Assembly (NCBI GenBank): GCA_001643675.2 | Contig: LSRY02000047.1 | Coordinates: 372,001-436,000 of the forward strand | Direction of reading: 5' to 3' | Source: Monocercomonoides exilis PA203 | Taxonomy: Eukaryota > Protista > Preaxostyla | DNA: 64,000 bases | Shown here: in pieces, positions 25,201-34,927 of the stretch | How the letters are laid out: every line of letters begins with the position of its first letter | How positions within the stretch are numbered: position 1 is the stretch's first letter | Position numbers and translations under genes: made by a program | Notes under the pieces: model-generated | What the model was told of the DNA's origin: nothing | Database searches by the model: none | The model's input: only the letters and a program-made list of their open reading frames with translations

Positions 25201-27310
25201 TTGTGTGTCCTTCTGCAAAATGGTTGATTTGGACTCATGCATTTTCGAGGGAGAAAAGAAAATGGCAGAGGAAGAAGAGATCGAAGAGGCAACAAAGAGA
25301 GATGAACTGTGCAAGTGGAATGGATCACTTGTTGACACGATAAACAGCACGATTTGTGTGAAATACTCAGAGGTGGCGAATTCTGGGAAAGGAGGGATGT
25401 CCATATGGGGTGGGGTGGTATCCATTGAAAAAAGTGAGTTTTGGAACAACAATCCAGAGGTGCCAGGGTATGTGTCAGCTCGGAGGAATGTGCTGTGCGC
25501 AGGAGCAGGGGAGTTGAATGTGATGAGTCTGAAAGGAGGGGATGGAGTGTTGCCGAATGCATCGCTGTGGATTCTGAACGATGGGTGTGTTGTTGAAGGG
25601 GTGGTGACAGACAGAGAATCGTTGCTTTTCATTCCAGTGTTGGAGGATATGAAGGTTGAGTGCACAAAAAAGAAATGTGAGGTGGTGTTTTTTGGGCATG
25701 AACTTATGCCTTGTAATTTGTCATTCCAGGTTGTATATGCAGCAGGAGACTCGAAACAAATTGATAAGCATGTGTTTTTGGAGGGAGGATATATTTCAGA
25801 ATGTGAGGTGCGAGGCACAGTGGAAAACACAAAAATGACAACAGCATCTGAGGAGACAGAAGTGTCAGTGTGCATTCTTTTTGGGAATGAAGGATCTCCA
25901 TCATCAACCGAATCATTTGTTGTGAAGAACAGAAGCGATCTCAAACCAAAAGGGGATGAAAGAATTGTTGAAGGAGGAAAAGAAGGAAAATCTTATTGGT
26001 TGTTGATTGTGATTGTAATGGCTGCTGTACTATTAATAGTTTTGATAGTTTCAATTGTTCTTGCTATTAGGTGGAGAAAACAGAAGAGAAGGACAGAAGA
26101 ATTAGAAGAGATTGTGAATGATAACATCAAAAAGGATCCGAAGGCGTTCGAGATGGTTACGATGGAGATGTCGCCAGAGGAGCAGTGGAGGAGAGCCGAA
26201 AGGGAGGCTGAGAAGAAGAATGAAGAGAGGATCAAGAAGAGGGTGTATGCGAAAAGCTTGGGACATTCAGAATCATCAGAGCATCTTCTCTCCGAGAGTG
26301 GTTCAACTGAATACATTCTGGGAAGAGATTCAGACAAGATCCCTGATTGGGCATTAGAAAAGGAGGAGGAAGAAGAGCTCAGGAAGAGAACACCATCACC
26401 ATCCATTTCATCCACTTCAACAACAGATTCAGAATCAACTTTTGTCCGAGGGGAGGACCTGTGCCCCACCACCTCATCAATGTCGAATCTGGTGGATGCA
26501 ATGGCATGTTCTTCGCCTCACGAGAAGCTGATTGTGGATCTGAGGGATTCGCTGTTCATGCTGCTGCATGGGCGGAATAAAACAAAGGAGATGGCGATTG
26601 GCACCTTGAAAGAAAGAGAGATGACAGCTGCTCAAATCCTGTTCTGGGTGGCCAATCTCGCTCTTCACTCATTTGATGAAATGGAAAATGAATTATCTTC
26701 TCTTGCCGATCTGAGTCCGCACATTGTGCTGTTCTCCGAACACATGGTGATATGCATTGTGATGCATTCTAATTGCTTCTTCGATTCTGATTCGGATTCT
26801 TCGTCGATATCTTCATCAACTGTTGCTACGTCTGCAAGTGATGATGATGATGATGATTCTCTTCCTTCATCAGCGTTTGAGGATGAGAATGACTTCAAAA
26901 AAGAGTGCTTGAGGTGGAAGGCACCAGAATTGTTGATGAACAAGAAGATGGGAGCGACAAAGGAGTCTGTTTCATTCTCGATCGGTATGATGCTGTGGGA
27001 GTGTTTGACATTGAATATTCCCTTTGGGGAGTATGAAGCAGAAACAGCTGGAGATAAGATCGTGAAAGGAGAGAGACCAAGTTTGGAGGGAATTCAAAGC
27101 TCAAAGCATTTGCAAGCAGTTATTTCGTGCACTTCAGGGAATTCTGAAGACAGACCCACATTGGCTGATCTGAAGCGTCACTTTATCCAGTGCTTCCCAG
27201 CAGATGTAGTGCTGATCACAGTTTCAGATGCCATTATCGATGAAGAAGGTTCTGATGATGAACAAGTTCCAAGCAACAACAACGAAAGCTGTGGGCAATC
27301 GGAATCTTGA
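19202..27310 (+). CDS. Giant single-pass receptor-like protein: Cys-rich beta-helix-like ectodomain, TM helix, degenerate tyrosine-kinase-like C-lobe
   Basis: Intronless 2702-codon ORF, probable ATG at 19220. Repeated modules of the form Y/WVS..G.D...CG....C.T, plus GGAI/GGGMY and GRDIY. TM segment YWLLIVIVMAAVLLIVLIVSIVLAI followed by RWRKQKRR. Kinase remnants LRWKAPE, SFSIGMMLWE, IPFGE and RPTL. Confidence 0.88.
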   Translation: MILKVHMRWQCFVLYLVQSYCIAQHHFLQSNEQLSSPGLLEQIDHHNSLYSSGNFCNNERNSFSLRVKSSDWSEMKASVKLRNASLEVRKGGFTPKEQEHVVHLEGKSLLVLNDCKITFCGRSQKSLICHQGGNIHLRNISFCFADCWAFSVQPVVWSQKDHSSAVGDGNLIVENSAFSCFELKQGPFLHSESISSVLLAQTLFFNISTAVTNRQSNICTENACTSALSNCVFCNVDDAIYGGIVASMNSQQAQLFATNCSFVRCFHSSNARNTSTHADISSSISFISTDFESCSGVKGGAITANDHPSLALCIVDCKFKNCTASGKAGALFVFNIMCVHIKKSNFSDNSASDRGTTEFLNISAGFYIGDCHFEFGKTTKENHALIVTTYIGATSCECFCPNEPSRHCASSSSSFSSDITEFSPKKEQTERIIPQKRNDEEGSLVERCSLQYGFAENLGGAVSIQESKSPFSMRECDFQHNRAKGSFIGCLELIIKKDSFISRTWLAFCYFYNNSVSGGLGNDVYLNHFSEYTLTSELLFNCFTTEKSSKSVSNSTHDFSDWIGETLIERYVSTSGSDNKSMCGKSESDACLTIGYATSQFVHWMDCSIHLLRGRYEQEGTTIEVGEKRIGIRGKGKADTTISSQLLENGKEALWLVNEGRLAMESLTFVRVCEEERHQMQRMIVLETATGDGRIDLNDMRIEGEKATESLSFSAPLLEAKGGKMNLNNVECTSMRSSVPLLSLSEGGLLEMNLCNIFGIESVGDCPSVVDGLSSKGMISCSECVFEGCLGRMSKKGGCMKFTVDADNEAILLNGTSFDGCEASTEVDDETKSGRGGGMYLGATLGSGIRMMELQFSRNKATCGRDIYFVCEDLRVSVTQLMFPFWSSIENKENSLFGSDDQVARGCDVDLFVFLEGFLEKEVYVGQSGEDATYCGHVLYPCKTLDEGMKHLGSVEEDGRIVVKENGVCRKQLNISGVIVNGVGSSEAVGIELHESLSGSEKDVLVSEADATWESVDLLFPSLFISPEGVESLLNSRNGVLKMCSFSFLSLTFQQKVGFCLLKADGGRVEMMGVKVIGKQGVLSFASSPFACSSSVGEWKMTKCLVGNMKVEGGSVLCIAYSSPQSECKISMQNCTITSVENTNGDVCVLNTMLNVQTTMIVELDAVVFEGCKSAKSERGGALGMSMGCGSSLSVVNDSQFGGCECSSESGKGGGVFVECKSDGDEYFFSSVVFGDTNKAKQGKNVFVMSDKLNSSVSMMHFGDWICTWKEEQNVFVGSDEHFGEGANLGLFLFEYFAPEIWVSSENGYDAIGCGDYRVMCGTVGFGLERLSSGESEGSQKTLSLMDENWMKEEMELDDHQIESGLENEKTALVVSCEVSGSREDAVLVSGKGRLRMLSISLGSALSERKSVLFAVNQQKSELCVERCDFAKQDGASGMNFNLIRQSSGKVEIIGCVIDELTMGASAFVVGGGSSCFGMNRTKVMRVEFEEGCALEIEDGGKQNGAEELGVGIEGCTFTSVQQTGVEEKRKPSIVDSHVLRSGYSFVVLNSSFEGCSSAEEREGGVLHCEYERGMKFEIKDSNGTSCSAVKGKGGFLFLDCRGEGELGFLLNNTLFRNNMAVKGRDVFVVCYLIKEQINEGQFVFRMDEGAFNRTDALYGRDSTLGEEDEDINLIGYVLFYRSDTVYVSSAKFDETRMCGSVTAPCRTVDVGNEHVQGDYDRRILIEGCVPIEGWMRAENVVLQRKGKGEGMVILMIGAEDEAESVISCNGDVMLQGLSVVFSEQSVIGKQSSVLLCEENGELSVASCSFGRMKVGEEGSDNRLSIPFSLVKCVGGSVLMSSVVIEGLTFEKSVLVFSEGSALRMQGLNCFDAVLCESFLASRECKMALDGINISGIIAEASIFEMQGVNGEMSIEKMVMKNVELRNGSIVDIQEAKPEREQEEENNEPVAMMSVFEYANITSSHSESAVIMCNGFRGAMRFANCTVKENRMKKEKGDELCVSFCKMVDLDSCIFEGEKKMAEEEEIEEATKRDELCKWNGSLVDTINSTICVKYSEVANSGKGGMSIWGGVVSIEKSEFWNNNPEVPGYVSARRNVLCAGAGELNVMSLKGGDGVLPNASLWILNDGCVVEGVVTDRESLLFIPVLEDMKVECTKKKCEVVFFGHELMPCNLSFQVVYAAGDSKQIDKHVFLEGGYISECEVRGTVENTKMTTASEETEVSVCILFGNEGSPSSTESFVVKNRSDLKPKGDERIVEGGKEGKSYWLLIVIVMAAVLLIVLIVSIVLAIRWRKQKRRTEELEEIVNDNIKKDPKAFEMVTMEMSPEEQWRRAEREAEKKNEERIKKRVYAKSLGHSESSEHLLSESGSTEYILGRDSDKIPDWALEKEEEEELRKRTPSPSISSTSTTDSESTFVRGEDLCPTTSSMSNLVDAMACSSPHEKLIVDLRDSLFMLLHGRNKTKEMAIGTLKEREMTAAQILFWVANLALHSFDEMENELSSLADLSPHIVLFSEHMVICIVMHSNCFFDSDSDSSSISSSTVATSASDDDDDDSLPSSAFEDENDFKKECLRWKAPELLMNKKMGATKESVSFSIGMMLWECLTLNIPFGEYEAETAGDKIVKGERPSLEGIQSSKHLQAVISCTSGNSEDRPTLADLKRHFIQCFPADVVLITVSDAIIDEEGSDDEQVPSNNNESCGQSES

Positions 27311-28666
27311 AATATGCAGATTTCCCTCTTGCACATTTTATGAATGAAACAATATTTTCAAATTGACAAAAAGACACAAGAGTGCATTTGCTTCGTAGAA
27401 GAAACATGAGATTTAAAAGAACTGCCATTACCTAAAGTTGCTTTGGGTTTTTGAAATAAAAGGCTTTTCAACAGAGAATTACAAGAATCATGTGGAATCG
27501 TATCAATATTATCGCCAAAAGTTGTAACTTCTACCAATCATTGTCATAATATCATTGAAATTTTTGAATATGTTACCCGTTTTGCAAGCTCAATGAAAAC
27601 GGATTTTGTTTGTATGTTGTCCAGGAAACATCAAATGTCAACAGCCTTTGCTTGGATTTGTGTTCAAAATGCAAATACTCAAAAGTTCTATTGGTTTGAG
27701 AGTGGGTTCCAAAAATGATTGTCTTTATTTCTCAAGGGAGTCATGATTAAATTTGACATTTCTTGCTCATTCACTTCACATTTAATTCCATTTCAACAAA
27801 ACAATAAATATGGTTCTCAATATTTTCAAAGGCCTTTAAAAAGCACTTTTTCTTTCTTTCAATAGTCCAGATTCTTGAGTGAAAATTGAATTTGTCAAAA
27901 AGAAAAAGGTTGCTGCCAAAAATAAAATAGAAAATGGACTTCAATGACTAGATAGTTTATCAATATGCATATTTGCAAGTGCATAATATCTCAACATCCA
28001 AAGAAGATTGACACAAAACAATATGCAGTTGTATTGTCTGCTGTTGTGTGCCAAACACTGCTTTGGTTCTGAAACAACAGCGCACAAGCAAGCCAAAAGA
28101 AATCAACGTGCTTTTGCAATCAGATGCAATAAATGATAAACGGTTTTGCAGGGGAAAATGGAAAAAATTTTCAATAAAATAAAAAATGCAAATTTAAAAA
28201 GAAAACAAATTAAAAACATGGAAGAGAAACGCATGAATGGAAAAATACGAATTTGACGTACAAACAGACGGACAGAAAGAAAGAAAGAAAGAAAGAAAGA
28301 AACAGAAATTTTCAAAGCCCACCCATATCCACTTTGACTCTTTTTTTAATTTGTTTTTATTATTCCATTTTTAATTTCGGTATTCGATTCGATTATTTTG
28401 AGCTGTTATTTGGTTTCTTTTTCTGTTTGTTCGTTTTTCAAATGTCAATTGATGCCTTTTTTTAAAGAAGATGGAAATGAAAACCTGGTTGAAGAAGAAG
28501 AAGAAGAAGAAGAAGAAGAAGAAGAAGAAGATGATGATGATGATGATGATGACGATTCTTGTGATGATAATTTAAGATATTGTGAAGTGATTTCTGATGT
28601 GAAAGAGAGAGAGAGAAAAAAGAAGAAGGAGAAGATAAAGAAGAAGGAGAAAATGTAAATATTCGG

Positions 28667-31321
28667 TTATAAGAATTTGGCGAATAGCCATGAATATTCT
28701 TTGAAAAAAGAAAGATAAGGATTATTACGAAGAAATTCGGGATTATTAGAAATATTATAACGACTACAAAGAATAAATGTAATACCACGAATAAGAACAT
28801 CGCGATAAGGAAAAAGAAAAGGAAAGGCATCAAGAAGAAATGGAAAAGAACGAACAAGAACTTTGCGATGACGAAGAAGATAAAAAACATCACGAAGAAG
28901 ACGACGACGATTTAGAAGTTGACGAAGAAGAGAAACAATTGAAGAAAAAGTAGAGTAGGAAGATTTTGAGGAAGAAGAAGAAGATGATGATGATGAATAC
29001 CAATCATAAACCTCAGAAAGACAAAAAGAGGGAGAAGAGGTAGATGAAGAATCTGATTCTGTGTCTGGATAAAAATCAGAATCAGAACCTGAATCAGAAT
29101 CAGGAAAGAATGACTCACGATGCTGAGAAGCAGATGAAGGGTGATGAGAATGACGGCGGGAACAGGAAGAATTGGAGAATTTAGTGGGATGCTTGAGTGC
29201 ATAGGCCGAAGTTGGAGAGCGATGGGAGTTTGAAGAGCTCTTCAGGTGGACAAGAGGAGGAGTTGGCTGGCTGTGAATGGAATGAGAATGAGAATGAGAA
29301 TGAGAATGAGACTTAGAAGAGAATGAATGCTGGGAAGAGGTCTTAGTGCGTTTGTGAATAGAAGGAGACAGAGGAGAAGACGGATAAGAAGGGCAGCAAG
29401 CATATGAAGAAGAAGAGGGACAAGAAGATAAGGAAGAGGAAGAAGAATCACAAAAGGAGTCTGAATCTGAATAATCATAGTGCTGAGAAGAAGAATGAGA
29501 AGAAGAGTGATGAGAAGGGCGATAAAAAGAGGAGGAAGAAGAAGAAGATGATGATGAAGGAGGAAGAAGAGGAAGAAGAAGAAGAGGAAGAGATGGAGGA
29601 GAAGAAGAAATTGATTCAAATTGAGCTTTTGGAGGAGCACCTAATACAAATTTTGTTTGAGAGTTGGAAGAAGAAGAAGAAGAAGAAGAAGAAGAAGAAG
29701 AAGAAGAAGAAGAAGAAGATGATGATGATGAGCCTATATGAAGAAAAGAAGGGGGAAGATTGGGAAAGATAGGAGGAAGATTGGCAGAAGGGAGTAAAAG
29801 AATAGTTTGAGGATGAGATGACGAAGAAGAAGAAGTCTGTTCCTTGCTTTCCAAAAAATTATCCTCTTCCATCGTTTTTTGTTGTGTCTTTATCTTTTTG
29901 GCATCACTACAATTTTTGCTGACTGCTCGCTCTTTGTGAAGTAATTGACGTTCCTGCTCTTGTTGTCTTTCCATCAAATTCATCTTCGCCTTCAGCTCTT
30001 CGTTAATTTCAGTCAGCAATTTTTCCTTCTTCTCAATCTCTTCTTTTTCTTGTTTCAAAAGAGCCACAGATGCACTCATATCTGTAGCGTTGCTCTTCGT
30101 CTTTCTCGTCGGTTGTTCAGTTCTTTCATCTTTTTGTGTGCTTTGTGAGTAATCTCTGTGTTTCTGACTGTCTTCCTTTGAGTCTTTGAAGCGGTTTTCA
30201 ATATTACGATGAGTTTGTTTGTACATTTCCAGTTTCGTCTTGTCTTGTCTTGGAAGTTTAGACATCACACTCGGATAAGTTAGCACGTCGATCAAGTCTA
30301 ATTCGCTGTCTGGGTTGTGGATTAGCAAAATCGATATTAGCGACACAATCCCTTTGTCAATTGAATCCCTGAAGTGATTCTCAACAAATCTCCTTGAGCC
30401 ATTCAATGACAATTGATCCAAATCATTTGATGACAAAGGATGGAGCGTGCACAATTCAAAGAGCACCATTCCAAGTTGCCTGAGATCGGTTGCTGAGTCT
30501 GAAAACGCTTGTGCTGCTGATGAAGACGAACTCGAAGACGAAGCAGATGCTCGTCCCATGGCCAAATTTTGCTTTTTGATTCGAAATAAGCCTGATTGAT
30601 AATATCAAAAACGTTTTCACATTCAGATTTGTGAAAAATAAAAAAAAGGAAAAACTTTTTTCACATGCCTAGTTTCACGTGTCCATCAGGTGTCAGACGA
30701 ATGTTGTTCGAATGAATGTTACCATGCTTCAAATCCACCTTGACATATTCAAAAAGCCCCAGCAAAAGTTCTGTTATGATGGTCCACAATTCCTTCAACA
30801 AATTAAAAAATGAAAAACACATTTTTTTTAATAATATTATTTTATAAATTGCAGATTTATTCTTGTTAATAAATGCAAAATGCAAACTTCATTAGAATAG
30901 TATTTCCAGTGTTTTTTTCTCTTCTGAATATCATCTTTCAGGAAAGTTCCTTCACAGTGCTCAAAAATAATGAAAAATTCGTTATCATCATCAAATGTTG
31001 ATTCTACAATGTTTTCAGTATATGGACTTTTGATTGTTTTCGCTTTCGAAAGCTTCAAGTTAATTTGTTCATTTGCCAAACAAAATTTGTCTTCAAAATG
31101 GTAATGCTTCAAAATGTTCTTTTCTCCATTTTCTTTCATTGTGCTGAACACTCTGCACTCATCAACATTCCTCAAAAACTTCACGGATTTATCTTTCAAA
31201 GTGTAATGCACAGATAAATTTATAGGTGAGTCAAATTTAGCAACTTTGCAAAAACAAAAAACTGCAAACATTCATCCAATAAAAATTGCTCAAATCTCTT
31301 TTCTGCTTGAGATTTCGCCAT
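28667..31321 (-). CDS. NEK-like (pseudo)kinase with a coiled coil and a Ser/His-rich tail, multi-exon
   Basis: Spliced product contains FIIFEHCEG.FLKDDI, HGNIHSNNIRLTPDGHVKLGLFR and DLRQLGMVLFELCTLHP. HRD and DFG are not conserved. ATG at 31321; introns near 31270-31193, 30888-30794 and 30668-30593. Confidence 0.7.
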
Positions 31322-31636
31322 CAAAGCTATCTTACGTTTGTAAAGATAATATTTAATATAAATATGCAGAATAACGTGGAAAAAAGCAATTATTGATGAA
31401 TCAAACTTTGTTAAAGGTAATATAATGGTTGGGCTTTTTGAAAACGAATATTTGTGTTTATTTTCAAATTTGTTTGAAAATTTGCTTTTGTTCATATAAT
31501 AAAAACATTTTTCGTTTTTGTGATTATTTTCCATTTCAATCAAAAAATATGAAATTATTGGATTTTGTTTTTACCGTTATTTGGGTTTTTGGAAAACGTT
31601 CTATTTTGACTTCAATGGAATAAACTATCTTTGTTG

Positions 31637-31693
31637 TAGCCCTGGGTGACGTGAAGGAAAAAATTCATCACGTCCGTCACCAATTTTCCACTT

Positions 31694-31727
<34 letters not shown>

Positions 31728-34341
31728 ATTTGCTGTTGTTTTAATAATTTGTCCATTTATTTTTTGCTGAATTCAGATAATCTTTTTTGAAATATATTAA
31801 AGATATTTTATATCAAAAATCCCATTTTTATATAATTAGAAAATTGAGCTTTCTCTGTATCAAAATCAAATAAGAGATTCATGTGCATAAGATGATGGTT
31901 TGAGTGCAGACTTTTCGTTGCTTTTTATAGTTATTCTTTCGCCTGGAATAGTTGTGCCAAAGCATGTGCTTATCAACTATTTATATAAAAACAACATTGT
32001 TTTCTGAATACAATGCATTTTCAAAGAAATGAGGGTAGAACATCTGTTGTAAATATGCTGATTTGCAGATAATATTGTGCTTAATTTTTTCATTTCAATT
32101 TTTTTCCAATTTTTTCATCAAAGAATTGGTGGCTAAAGTGGAACTGTGCGAAGATAAAGATCAAAAACAGAAAATAGAGAAAATGAATGAAGAATAATTT
32201 GGATCAATTTTCAAGAAAGAAATGGCGATGGAATTGATGATATGATTGGAGAAAAGAAAGTTACAATGGAAAATGCAATTTTGCTGTTGAAGTGTGTTGG
32301 ATATAATTAAATAATTATATTTATTTTAACAGCTTTCTTTTAATGAATCTTCGTTATGTTAAAAAGATTTGAGAAGTTAATTATTGATGAAAATGAGAAA
32401 AAAGAAGAAAAGAATGAAAGATTGCTATTTGGCCTATGAAAATCTAACATAATGCTTCACAGTTATTAAAATATCTGTTAGGAATTGCTTTTGATACGTG
32501 TGTCTTGACTTTTGATAACAGCTTTGAACAATGTTGAAAGCGAAGAACCATTGAAAGAAGGAAAAATGGTTTTATTTGCTGTGAATTGCAATAATGGATA
32601 AAATGTTTGTTCATTTTCTCTTTCTTTTTAATGATTTTGTATTTTTCTTGTATTTTTTTAACAGAAAATTGAAAAAGAACTTTTCCTGGATGAAATCAAA
32701 GAAATCATCAGGTATCACCAGCAACATTATAATCTGACTTGGCTTGAGCATCAGTCTGCTTGGTGGTTTTTGGTGTTCAGATATTGCAAGGGTTTCTCAT
32801 TTGAAATCGTAATTGTGAATGAACTGCATTTTGTGAGAGAAGAAGCAAAAGAACTGGAAGAGTTGTCAAAGAGTGTGGATTGGAAGAGAAAAGAAGAAGA
32901 AAGAGAAAAAGAAACTGAAGATGAGCTTGTTTTAAAGAGATGGCTCAAAATGTTGGAGATTTATTTTCACAATTGCAAATCATGGAATGAAGAACTTGCT
33001 GGACTCATCAGCAGCATTGTGAATGTATTTCGAGCAGCGAAGGATAATTACAAAGGAATAAGATAACAATTCATTTTTTCAATCAGAGTGGCAGCAAAAA
33101 ATAAATGTATGAAAATTGATACTTTAGCAAATGAACGCACTATTAATCTATTTTCGGAGGAAATGAATCAAATAATTTTGAAAGATGAAACTTGTTTGAA
33201 GTTATTTGAATTTCTCACTGAATATTTCAAGAAAATTGAAAAAAGCTGACGAAGAAGTGAAAAAAGACAAAGAAAAGCGAAATGTTTGAAAAGATGAAAG
33301 AAGAAGGATATGAAGATATCATCTCATGCTTTCATATTCTTCTTGATTTTCTTTTCAGAAAGTATAATTGTTTTTTGATATTGAAATTCTATGATTATTT
33401 TGTGAATTATTGGGAAATTGCTTTGAGTCTAATTACTTAAAAATGACATTTTTCCATTTTCATTATTTCGAAAAAAATGAAAACAATCATTTTCTTTTTT
33501 AAAAGCGACTGTTTTTCATTATTTCAAAAAAAAAGTGAAAAGGTGATAATAAAACAAAGTTGAAAATGCTATTTATGAATGAATAACTTTCTTATTTTCA
33601 TTGACTCTTCAAAGTTGTTTTCCTAAAATGAATTGTTACGTTCATCTTCTTCAATTTGTTCCATTTTGTATTATTCCTTTCATTATTTATATTCTCCTGA
33701 TGGCTCAACTTCTTCAATAGCAATTTCAACACACCCTGATTGAAAACCTTCGCCTGCTGTGCCCACAAACAAAAATTTTATTCACTTCATAAAAGCAATT
33801 GTGAATCTTATTGGTGTTCTTGGAATTAAAAAAAGTAATTTTTTTTCTGTAACGTCACATACGGTTCCGAATGAGTGCAAAAAATTGTAGAAAGATGGTT
33901 TTTGATATTAATAAGTTTCGTTTTTTTCCGATGAAAATTGTTGTATCACACGAAGCGAAAAGTTTGATGAGTTGATCAAACAAAGAACTATTCAACAACA
34001 AAAGAGTCGAATTCACAACTTCGAACAATCATCTATTTTTTAATCAATCAATGAGCATTCTTCAGCATCATTTTGAGATTTGTATTCAGTTCTTTCATAA
34101 AAAATAAGAGAATTTCCAATATTAATTAAAATTGTAATGGTTGTGTGAATTGAAAATAATTTAAGCTATCAAATAAGAAATTTTGCTAGTTTGTTTTGAT
34201 CTTCTGCTCCTTTTTATGCTTCATTTATTTAATGACTGCATATGACTTCAAAAGTCACTGACGTCAGTGAAGCGTCAAAATTCCGATTTCCGCTTTTGCG
34301 TCAGTGAAAATTGAATAATGGTAATTTTTAATTAATAATTT

Positions 34342-34373
<32 letters not shown>

Positions 34374-34450
34374 CGTGACGTGGAAAAATCTGTCACGTCC
34401 GTCAAAAATAGAAAATGTCACGTCAGAAGTCACCACGTCACCCAGGGCTA
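31637..34450. mobile_element. Non-autonomous hAT-type transposon with gene cargo (Pack-hAT)
   Basis: 17-bp TIR TAGCCCTGGGTGACGTG / CACGTCACCCAGGGCTA. Perfect 8-bp TSD CTTTGTTG at 31629-31636 and 34451-34458. Subterminal CGTCAC/GTGACG repeats. Confidence 0.92.
32100..33430 (+). pseudogene. Decayed member of an expanded helical hypothetical-protein family, carried inside the hAT element
   Basis: Fragments EIKEIIRYHQQHYNLTWLEHQSAWWFL, VIVNELHFVREEAKELEELSKSVDWKRKEEE and EEGYEDIIS, with stops and frameshifts. A GT-AG intron remains at 32605-32664. Confidence 0.75.
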
Positions 34451-34549
34451 CTTTGTTGCCAAATTATTTTGGTAGAAATTATTCTGTGGTTATGTTTTGT
34501 TCATAATGAATAACATGTGTTCAACATCCGTCCATCTCATTAATAAATA

Positions 34550-34927
34550 CAGTTTATGCAAAAAAATTCCGTACATCGCAAAAAAGATCGGACAAGATCG
34601 ATATCTCAATAACCGCAAGAAGAAAAATTCTGTTAAATTTCCTCAAAATATATCTCATTAATGCAAATTCACGTGATATACAAAACTTTCAGGACAGCTT
34701 CGCTTGAGCTCAGAGAAAATATTTATTGAAATTTCGGAGAAATAGGATTTTGAGTTTCTCCGAGAATTCAAATATCATCTTTTCTGAGCTCAAGCGAAGC
34801 TGTCCTGAAAGTTTTGTATATCACGTGAATTTGCATTAATGAGATATATTTTGAGGAAATTTAACAGAATTTTTCTTCTTGCGGTTATTGAGATATCGAT
34901 CTTGTCAGGTCTTTTTTGCACAAACTG
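34550..34927. mobile_element. MITE family B copy (opposite orientation to 54314-54671, small insertion near the left end)
   Basis: TA|CAGTTT...CAAACTG with long inverted arms. The loop is the reverse complement of the loop in the 54.3-kb copy. Confidence 0.88.

Noticed and set aside
13560-28670. TAA/TAG read as Gln (as in some oxymonads), suggested by coding-like sequence continuing past TAA at 13609 and 28667
   Set aside because: RPL22, uridine kinase and PA2G4 end in TAA at expected positions, and the 2702-codon ORF has no internal TAR. The code is standard.
28398-29772. Plus-strand poly-E/K/D ORFs
   Set aside because: They are the antisense of Ser-codon trinucleotide tracts in and after the kinase gene.
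31695-31726. Poly(A) tail of a retroelement or retrogene
   Set aside because: It lies upstream of the cargo gene, is mirrored by poly(T) at the other end, and the cargo keeps its intron.
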